The translations under genes and the position numbers were made by a program. A stretch of 64,000 nt of DNA from Candidatus Cloacimonadales bacterium. GTDB lineage: Bacteria > Cloacimonadota > Cloacimonadia > Cloacimonadales > JAFGVF01. The notes below the pieces were generated by a model that worked only from the letters and a program-made list of their open reading frames with translations, made no database searches and was not told the DNA's origin. The stretch covers positions 2,656,001-2,720,000 of the forward strand of contig OY762964.1 in NCBI GenBank assembly GCA_963667035.1, in the 5' to 3' direction. Below are positions 56,521 to 64,000 of the stretch, piece by piece; position 1 is the first letter of the stretch, and every line of letters starts with the position of its first letter.

Positions 56521-58296
56521 ATGAAAAGCAAAAAGAAGACTAAGCAGTTTGCCCGTGTTATTCCGCTACTAAAGAAATCTTGGCACAAAATAGCCCTCGG
56601 TATTGTAACCCTAGTAATTGTAGACACAATTCAATTGGTAATACCTAAGTTTACTCAAAAAGCAATTGATGGTATTCAAACCGGTGTCCTCGACAAATCA
56701 GGATTAGCTTTGATAGCGATGCATATCTTGCTTCTTACTTTAGGAATTGTTGTAATGAGATTCCTGTGGCGATACTTGATTGTGGGGAATTCGTTTTTCA
56801 TTGAAACTGAGTTAAGACAAAACTTCTATAATCATTTGTTGAAGCTATCTCAGAATTTCTATAATTACAACAAAATCGGTGATTTGATGGCTCATGCAAC
56901 TAATGACCTTAATGCCGTAAGAATGCTTTTCGGATTCGGGGTTATTGCTGCTTCCGATATCTTTCTTATGTTTCTGGCGTCATTAGGATTTATGGTTAAT
57001 ATTGATGCAAGATTGACCCTGCTAGCTATCATACCATTACCAATCTTAACAGTGATAATCCTATCATTCGGAAGAAGAGTTCACAAATACTTTGGACAAG
57101 TACAGAACTCATTTTCTCAATTAAGTGGTATGATTCAAGAAAGCATTAGTGGAGTAAGAGTGATAAAAGCTTTCTCACAAGAAGGTAGTGAATTACAGAA
57201 GCTGAGCGATTATTCTCTGGATTACGTAAAGAAAAACATAACAATGGCTAAATTGCAAGGGGTATTCAATCCTTTGATGACAGTTGTTGTAAGTTTAAGT
57301 ATGGTGATTACGCTTGTTTTTGGTGGTAGAGCAGCAATTGCTGGTGAAATTACTATTGGTGAATTCATAGCTTTCTATTCATATCTTGGTATGCTTGTGT
57401 GGCCTATGATCGCAGTTGGCTTTATCATCAATATGTATCAGAGAGGTACTGCTTCACTTGTCAGACTTAATAAGATTTTTGAATCAGAACCTGAATTGAA
57501 TAATAAGAATGCTGATAAGAATATAAAAGAACTTAGGGGAAAGGTTGAGTTTAAAAACCTAACCTTCTCATATAAAAAAGATGAACTTCCGACAGTTTTA
57601 GAGGATCTTAACTTCACAATTAATCCGGGTGAGACCTTGGCGATTGTTGGACCAACAGGCTGCGGGAAGACTACGATAATTGATCTCTTGGCCCGTGTCT
57701 ATGATCCGGATAATAACTCAATATTGCTTGATGATAATGACATTCATAAAGTACAAACAGACATCCTTTACAGAGATTTATTGACGGTCCCTCAAGAAAT
57801 ATTCCTATTCTCGGATACAATTGCAAACAATATTGCTTTATCAAAACCTGATGCAACAAAAGAAGAAATCATGCAAGCTGCTGAATTAGCTCAAGTTCAT
57901 GCTGATATTGAAGGATTTGAACAGGGATATGAGACCATTGTCGGCGAAAGAGGCGTGACTCTCTCAGGTGGACAAAAACAAAGAGTTGCAATTGCAAGAG
58001 CACTATTGGGTAATCCAAAGATACTTGTATTGGATGACGCGTTATCTGCTGTTGATACTAAAACGGAACGCTCCATTATTAATCATTTGGTAAGAATCAG
58101 AAAAGATAAAACCACTATTATTATAGCTCATAGAATCTCTTCAATCCAACATGCTGATAACATTATCGTAATTGATAATAAGAGAATTGCTGAAAGTGGT
58201 ACACATGGGGAGCTGCTAAGTAAACAGGGACTCTATTGGGACTTAAATGAGAAACAGAAATTAGAAGAGAAATTAAGTGGAGGTCATGATGCCTAG
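56521..58296 (+). CDS. ABC exporter half-transporter (MdlA/BmrC-like, degenerate Walker B)
   Basis: TMD plus GPTGCGKT, LSGGQKQR and ILVLDD. ATG 56521 is preferred over TTG 56509. Confidence 0.92.
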   Translation: MKSKKKTKQFARVIPLLKKSWHKIALGIVTLVIVDTIQLVIPKFTQKAIDGIQTGVLDKSGLALIAMHILLLTLGIVVMRFLWRYLIVGNSFFIETELRQNFYNHLLKLSQNFYNYNKIGDLMAHATNDLNAVRMLFGFGVIAASDIFLMFLASLGFMVNIDARLTLLAIIPLPILTVIILSFGRRVHKYFGQVQNSFSQLSGMIQESISGVRVIKAFSQEGSELQKLSDYSLDYVKKNITMAKLQGVFNPLMTVVVSLSMVITLVFGGRAAIAGEITIGEFIAFYSYLGMLVWPMIAVGFIINMYQRGTASLVRLNKIFESEPELNNKNADKNIKELRGKVEFKNLTFSYKKDELPTVLEDLNFTINPGETLAIVGPTGCGKTTIIDLLARVYDPDNNSILLDDNDIHKVQTDILYRDLLTVPQEIFLFSDTIANNIALSKPDATKEEIMQAAELAQVHADIEGFEQGYETIVGERGVTLSGGQKQRVAIARALLGNPKILVLDDALSAVDTKTERSIINHLVRIRKDKTTIIIAHRISSIQHADNIIVIDNKRIAESGTHGELLSKQGLYWDLNEKQKLEEKLSGGHDA

Positions 58297-60412
58297 AGGT
58301 GGTGGATTCGGAATGAATGTTGATGATCTGCAAGGTAAGATTTATGATAGAAAACTTTATGGTAGACTATTCCCATATATCAAGCCTTATATGCATATCA
58401 TTGCAGTTGCCTTCATTATCATGCTTGCCTTAGCTTTTATTGAAATATATCTTCCTCTGATTACAAAAACGGCTATGGATGATCATGTTGTTTCAAACAG
58501 GTCTATTCTAATTCTCGATACGAAAGCAAAACAGGATGAATTTGATAAGCGTTATGGAAAGCTTAAGTTTACTAAATATCAAAACAATGATATTGAGTAT
58601 GTTATTGTCCCTACTAAGAAGCGAAAACATCTAGGTAAAAAAGAGATAGCTGCCTATACCAAAGCAGGTACATTGACAAAAGAGAACTATTATTTTACAC
58701 AAAGTAGCCCTGAATATATAGAAATATTGAATAAATACAATCCGACCGGAAATGAAGTAATCCGACTTTCTAATCAAGAGTTGGCTTTCTCGGAAGTCAT
58801 TTCTAAAAGATTTGATAAAAAAGATTGGCTTCATCTGCGACAACGAGATGCGGATAAACTTATGCATTACGGATTGTTGTATTTAGCATTTATATTGCTT
58901 CAATTTGTCTTTAACTTTCTACAAGTGTTTTTAACAACTTATTCATCACAGCATGCGATGAATGACTTAAGAAAGGATTTATTTGGTCATCTACAAAGAA
59001 TGCCTGTATCCTTTTTCGATAAGAACCCTGTAGGAAGACTTGTGACCAGAGTGACAAATGATATACGTACTCTTGATGAAATGCTTGCCACAGGTGCAAT
59101 AACAATTATTCAAGATTTCTTAAAGATAATTGCTATTATGATTCTTATGCTGAATTTGAATGTTGAGTTATCCCTTGTATCATTCAGTTTAATCCCTATT
59201 ATAATTTTACTGATTGTGCTATATAAAAGGAAAATTAGACCTATTTACAGGGAAGTTAGAAAGAAAATAGCATCACTTAATGCTACTTTAGCAGAGCATA
59301 TGTCAGGCTCAAAGATTATTCAAATATTCAATCAGTATGATAATAAGAGGAAAGAGTTTAGTGAGAAGAACGAAAGCTATTATAAAACAACACTTCAACA
59401 GTTGACTCTGAATGCTTTCTTCAATCCGCTTATTCATATCTGTACTCATATAGCTATTGCTCTCATTATCTGGTATGGCGGTGGTAAGATTCTTGATAAT
59501 GTTATTACAATAGGTCTGTTTATGGCATTCACGGAGTATGTCAGAAAGTTGTTTGAACCAATCAATCAGTTTAGCCAGAAGTTTGATATCTTACAAGCAG
59601 CCCTTACAGGTGCTGAGAGAATATTTGGATTGATGGATGAAAAACAAGATGATTATAGAGAAGGGTTAACTAGTAATAAGAAGTTTGATGGCAGTATAGA
59701 ATTCAAGAATCTTTGGTTAGCTTATAATCCTGAGGAATGGGTACTGAAGGATGTCTCATTCAAGATTAATCCTGGTGAAAAAGTTGCTTTGGTTGGTCAT
59801 ACAGGTTCAGGTAAAACCTCCATAGTTAATCTTATTCTCGGTATGTATCCCTTCCAGAAAGGACAAATACTGCTAGATGGTAAAGTAATTAAAGATTACT
59901 CTTTAGCAGATATTAGGAGTAATATCGGTATTGTTCAACAAGATGTATTCCTTTTCTCAGGTACTATTAAAGATAACATTGTTCTGAACAATAATGCTTT
60001 AACTCAAAGAAGGTTGGAAGAAGTATCACACATGGTAAATGTGGATAAGTTTATAAACTCACTTCCGGGTAAATATGAGGAACCTGTCCAAGAACGTGGA
60101 GCTACATTCTCTGTTGGACAAAGACAGTTAATAGCTTTTGCAAGAGTTCTTGCTTATGATCCCTCTATCTTTATTCTTGATGAGGCTACTTCCAATATTG
60201 ATACCGAAACAGAGATACTAATCCAATCAGCTCTTGAGAGGGTGATGGAAAATAGAACATCAATAATTATTGCTCATAGACTCTCTACAATCCAGCATTG
60301 CGATAGAATTATAGTTCTTCATAAAGGAAGAATTATTGAAGAAGGAAACCATCAGGAGCTCCTTCAAGAAGAAGGATTGTATTACGATTTGTACAAATTA
60401 CAATATAATTAA
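58286..60412 (+). CDS. ABC exporter half-transporter (MdlB/BmrD-like, large extracytoplasmic loop)
   Basis: Motifs GHTGSGKT, FSVGQRQ, ILDEATS and AHRLST. GGAGG precedes ATG 58286/58289. Confidence 0.92.
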   Translation: MMPRGGGFGMNVDDLQGKIYDRKLYGRLFPYIKPYMHIIAVAFIIMLALAFIEIYLPLITKTAMDDHVVSNRSILILDTKAKQDEFDKRYGKLKFTKYQNNDIEYVIVPTKKRKHLGKKEIAAYTKAGTLTKENYYFTQSSPEYIEILNKYNPTGNEVIRLSNQELAFSEVISKRFDKKDWLHLRQRDADKLMHYGLLYLAFILLQFVFNFLQVFLTTYSSQHAMNDLRKDLFGHLQRMPVSFFDKNPVGRLVTRVTNDIRTLDEMLATGAITIIQDFLKIIAIMILMLNLNVELSLVSFSLIPIIILLIVLYKRKIRPIYREVRKKIASLNATLAEHMSGSKIIQIFNQYDNKRKEFSEKNESYYKTTLQQLTLNAFFNPLIHICTHIAIALIIWYGGGKILDNVITIGLFMAFTEYVRKLFEPINQFSQKFDILQAALTGAERIFGLMDEKQDDYREGLTSNKKFDGSIEFKNLWLAYNPEEWVLKDVSFKINPGEKVALVGHTGSGKTSIVNLILGMYPFQKGQILLDGKVIKDYSLADIRSNIGIVQQDVFLFSGTIKDNIVLNNNALTQRRLEEVSHMVNVDKFINSLPGKYEEPVQERGATFSVGQRQLIAFARVLAYDPSIFILDEATSNIDTETEILIQSALERVMENRTSIIIAHRLSTIQHCDRIIVLHKGRIIEEGNHQELLQEEGLYYDLYKLQYN

Positions 60413-60605
60413 ATAATTAATGTTAGTGTAAATATTGCTGATTATACTGTATGACAGAAACAAAAATGATGTAGTACACGGCTAATAGAGCACTTTAGCC
60501 TTACATTTATAGTTTGACAGGAAAAACAGCAGATATATATTTTGAAATTAATGCAATGAAGAAAAAGAATAATAAACGGATTAACCGTATAACAGAGGAG
60601 GAATT

Positions 60606-63416
60606 ATGAAGAAAGCTCTAGTAATTGCAAGCATTTTTATCTTTGCTTGTAGTTTATTTGCTTTGGATTTCCAGCAAGATAACTACTCAACTCAAAGCTC
60701 TCAGTTGAATAACCGTTATGTTGAAGTCTCTTATTCAGAAGACTTCGAGAACGGTATGGGAGACTGGACAACATTTGATGGTACAGTTCCTGCTGGAATG
60801 TGGCGTACTTACGATTACAATGGTGAAATGGTCTGGTGGATGGGTGATGAATCTTTAGCCAGTGGTAACCATATTGGTGGTTACTTAGATCAGACTTATG
60901 TTGTTCTTGATACTCCGGCTTTCACTGTTGACGCAAACACATTAACATTTGATTTAAACTATGAAATCGAAACTCCAGGTGGAGAAGACCCTCCTTACAG
61001 TGGTTGGGATGGATGTAATGTAAGAATTTCTACAGACCAAGGTGCTACTTGGACTGTTATAAACCCTACAAGCCCTGCTTATAACTGTTCTGCTTTATTC
61101 TCTTTTGGTAGTATCCACGGAGAAGGCACAAGTATTGCAGGTTGGGGGGGATCATCTAACGGCTGGCAACAAGCTTCTGTCGATATGTCTTCTTATTTGA
61201 ACCAATCAGTTATGATTCGTTTTGCATTTGCTTCTGACGGTGCATATTGTACTTCAGATAACGCTAGCTTATTTGGTATGATGGTTGACAATATCTCTTG
61301 CGGAACTTTCAGTAATGATGCAAGCACTAATACAGGATTTGTTCCATCAAGCATGGTTCCATTAGGTGGAGACATTTGGAATGTTAGAACAAGTACTACC
61401 GCTCCATCAGGAAGCAATATTTTAGCTTGTGTTAGTGATAACAACCAATACCTTCCAAACTTATTAAACTATGTAATTAGTCCTACTATTACTCTTCCTG
61501 AAACAGGTGAGATTTGGGCTGATTTCAAGGTTAAAACAAACTTCAGAGACCCACAATCATCTGAAACTAATCCATCACTTTCCGTACTTGATTATTTCGG
61601 TTTTGAAATATCACCTGATAATGGATCTACATGGTATGCCATGAACAATCCTTATCATGAATCTAATATTCAGGATTATGTTTACACCGGACCGACAAAT
61701 GGCGGTTTAAGTGATTGGGGTTCAATGATTGATAGCTATTCTAGTATCAATGGTAGAATCGATGATTATGCAGGTCAAGACGTTAAATTCCGTATTTATT
61801 TCCGTTCAGATGCTGATACTCCTGGCGGAGATACAGATACTGACGGTTATGGTATTTTTGTTGATGACTTCACGATTTATAATGATATCTACTTACCTCA
61901 ACCTACCGGTATGAACGGTGAGTTTGATCAATCTACCGGTGTTAGTCTTAGTTGGAATGCTCCAGATGCAGCTTCTCCAATTGATATTACATATACAAAC
62001 GGTAGTTGGGCTAGCTATGTTAACGATTCTCAGCCTTATGCAATGAAGATTGAAAACACATATGATATAGCTTTACCACTGCATACAATTAATATTGCGA
62101 TGTATGATACAAGTTCAGAGTTTACTGGAACAGTAGATTTATATGTATATGAAGATTCAAATGGCGAACCTTCTACTACACCTCTTTTCACACTTGAAGA
62201 CCAAGGAAATATCCTTCACAATGAATGGACATCAGTTAATGTTTCTGAATTAGAGTATTCAGTTCCTGCCGGTGCAACTATTTGGGTTGCAGTTGGTGGT
62301 TTCGATACAACAACTCAAGGTCTGTTGTGTGATGATTCTTCTCCAACTTCTGGAAGTGCATGTTATACAAATGGAATGTGGGTTGATTTTAACGAGAGTT
62401 ATGAAACTTTAGTTAACTGTGGTATTAGTGCAACTTTACTTGTTCCTAATCCTGATGTTCCTGTAGCCGATGGCTACAATGTTTACCACTCACTTGATCA
62501 AGATTCTTGGTCAAATATTGGCAGTGTTACCGGAGCTACAACAACTTCTTATATCCATACAGCTCCAACAGCCGGTCAATATAACTATTATAGAGTGACA
62601 GCTTATTATGGAAACAATGAATCTGAAACTTCTAATACAGCTTCTGTATTCGTAATTACTGATGATTATGTATATCTTAATAACACAGACGGAACATCTG
62701 AAATGGGATATACTGTTGGTTTCAATAGCTCTATGGCAACGTATTTCGAGCATGACTATGTTCCTGAAATAGTTAACATAGGTGTTTATGTTGAAACATT
62801 AAACACAGCTCCGCTTGTAATCAGAATATATGATGATAATAATGGCGTTCCAGCAGATAATTATACATACCAGACAACTTATGCTAACGCATCAATTGTA
62901 GCTGGTCTTAATGAAATTGTTGCACCGGAAGGAATGAATGAACAAATTAGCGATATAGTTGACGACGGAAAATTCTGGATTGCTTTATTCGAATTTCCTA
63001 ATGCATCACCTATAGGAGTTGATACATCAGCATCCGGTAACTCTATGAAGAAATTAGGTACTGGTGCTTGGGAAGCAATTACAGAAGGAAATATTATCGT
63101 TCGTACTCTTGTACGTAATGGAACTCAAGATACTCAAGAAGTAGTTAATCCAACAATTCCAATGACAATTAATAACTACCCTAACCCATTCAATCCTGAA
63201 ACTACAATTAAGTATAATTTACCTACATCAGGTCAAACAACACTTAAGATTTATAATATGAAAGGTCAACTTGTTGATACTTTAGTTAACGAAAATCAAG
63301 CTCAAGGACCACAAGAAATTGTTTGGACAGCAGACAATCACACAAGTGGTGTTTATTTCTATAAACTAGAGAATGGCGGAAAAACAGTAGTTAATAAAAT
63401 GGTTCTTATGAAGTAA
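60606..63416 (+). CDS. Secreted multidomain protein (InhA/MAM-like jelly-roll domains, FN3, FlgD-Ig/T9SS-like CTD)
   Basis: Signal peptide, YSEDFE.G...W, WDGCNVRISTDQGATW, IRFAFASD...G..VDNI and NNYPNPFNPETT...KMVLMK. Confidence 0.8.
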   Translation: MKKALVIASIFIFACSLFALDFQQDNYSTQSSQLNNRYVEVSYSEDFENGMGDWTTFDGTVPAGMWRTYDYNGEMVWWMGDESLASGNHIGGYLDQTYVVLDTPAFTVDANTLTFDLNYEIETPGGEDPPYSGWDGCNVRISTDQGATWTVINPTSPAYNCSALFSFGSIHGEGTSIAGWGGSSNGWQQASVDMSSYLNQSVMIRFAFASDGAYCTSDNASLFGMMVDNISCGTFSNDASTNTGFVPSSMVPLGGDIWNVRTSTTAPSGSNILACVSDNNQYLPNLLNYVISPTITLPETGEIWADFKVKTNFRDPQSSETNPSLSVLDYFGFEISPDNGSTWYAMNNPYHESNIQDYVYTGPTNGGLSDWGSMIDSYSSINGRIDDYAGQDVKFRIYFRSDADTPGGDTDTDGYGIFVDDFTIYNDIYLPQPTGMNGEFDQSTGVSLSWNAPDAASPIDITYTNGSWASYVNDSQPYAMKIENTYDIALPLHTINIAMYDTSSEFTGTVDLYVYEDSNGEPSTTPLFTLEDQGNILHNEWTSVNVSELEYSVPAGATIWVAVGGFDTTTQGLLCDDSSPTSGSACYTNGMWVDFNESYETLVNCGISATLLVPNPDVPVADGYNVYHSLDQDSWSNIGSVTGATTTSYIHTAPTAGQYNYYRVTAYYGNNESETSNTASVFVITDDYVYLNNTDGTSEMGYTVGFNSSMATYFEHDYVPEIVNIGVYVETLNTAPLVIRIYDDNNGVPADNYTYQTTYANASIVAGLNEIVAPEGMNEQISDIVDDGKFWIALFEFPNASPIGVDTSASGNSMKKLGTGAWEAITEGNIIVRTLVRNGTQDTQEVVNPTIPMTINNYPNPFNPETTIKYNLPTSGQTTLKIYNMKGQLVDTLVNENQAQGPQEIVWTADNHTSGVYFYKLENGGKTVVNKMVLMK

Positions 63417-63436
63417 CCATTCTATTATAGAATAAT

Positions 63437-63470
63437 AAAGGCTGATGAGTTATTCATCAGCTTTTTTTTT
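63437..63470 (+). terminator. Intrinsic terminator
   Basis: AAAGGCTGATGAGT-T-ATTCATCAGC followed by T9. Confidence 0.85.
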
Positions 63471-63600
63471 GTGTAACGAAAACCACCTGCTATGTAGGTG
63501 GTCATGATTCTATTTTGAAGAATTGATAATGTATGAAAAATAGCTTGCCACAATGAGCTTAATGAATCCTTAGTTTGGTACTAAACAAAGATAGGTATTT

Positions 63601-64000
63601 ATGAGTTCATTTTTTGTTAAAATCATACCGATTATATTAATATTTGCCACTGGTTATATCAGTAAGCTTATAGGTTTATTTAAAATCAAAGATGGCGATT
63701 TATTTCTTAAACTTGTTTTAAATATTACTCTACCGGCACTAATTATTGCAACTGCTCAGGATATTGTTTTCGAAAAGGAATACTTATATTTACCTGTAAT
63801 AGCAATAGCTGTGATTTTACTAACTGCTATTGTTGCTTATTTAAGTGGTAGATACTTGAAGCTTTCAAAGAGAGCTCTGGGAAGTTTTCTTTGTGGTTCA
63901 ATGATAATGAATACAGGATTTTGCTTACCCTTTTTTCAGGCCGTTATGGGTAACAAAGGTGTGCTTTTAGCTAATCTCTTTGATCTCGGTAACACATTCA
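63601..64000 (+). CDS. AEC (auxin efflux carrier/Mem_trans) family transporter; 3' truncated and not in the ORF track
   Basis: My translation reads MSSFFVKIIPIILIFATGY...LVLNITLPALII...GSMIMNTGFCLPF..., open to the window end. Confidence 0.8.
   Translation, partial: MSSFFVKIIPIILIFATGYISKLIGLFKIKDGDLFLKLVLNITLPALIIATAQDIVFEKEYLYLPVIAIAVILLTAIVAYLSGRYLKLSKRALGSFLCGSMIMNTGFCLPFFQAVMGNKGVLLANLFDLGNTF

Noticed and set aside
68..62753. Numerous 60-160 aa ORFs antisense to or nested within long genes (e.g. 1058-1510, 8151-8510, 27637-28110, 46023-46415)
   Set aside because: These are shadow ORFs of well-supported genes, with no motifs or RBS.
1..64000. tRNA, rRNA, prophage or integron features
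   Set aside because: No cloverleaf/T-loop signatures, rRNA-like segments, phage genes, integrase or attC-like arrays were recognised.

Overview
AT-rich bacterial chromosome segment (about one-third GC). It is most likely FCB-group and probably Candidatus Cloacimonadota; this is an inference from the YPNPFNP...LMK C-terminal domains and a gingipain-type C25 protease. 1-21.1 kb is the 3' part of a tightly coupled surface-polysaccharide/glycosylation operon: a ColD-like His-type PLP enzyme, a WecE-like aminotransferase, a Wzx flippase, glycosyltransferases, wecB, three ATP-grasp ligases, a CapA-family protein, a PSD-like decarboxylase, a priming sugar transferase and UDP-GlcA 4-epimerase. It is followed by a candidate sigma54-dependent ~93-nt sRNA, a FadL-type outer-membrane protein and a tsaE / APC permease-EIIA fusion / phosphodiesterase operon. 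Next come a secreted S8 protease and a 2506-aa Kgp-like C25 protease, convergent on a terminator that an IS1182-family insertion has duplicated (26-bp direct repeat). The rest holds a TonB receptor plus lipoprotein, hlyIII-rsgA-nadK-recN-hyp-nfeD-SPFH, nrdDG, two non-catalytic secreted repeat proteins, a heterodimeric ABC exporter and a partial AEC transporter. The most unusual non-coding signals are the sigma54 sRNA candidate, three intergenic arrays with 11-bp periodicity, IS targeting of terminators, and CCGG enrichment. All calls come from motif reading only; no database searches were run.
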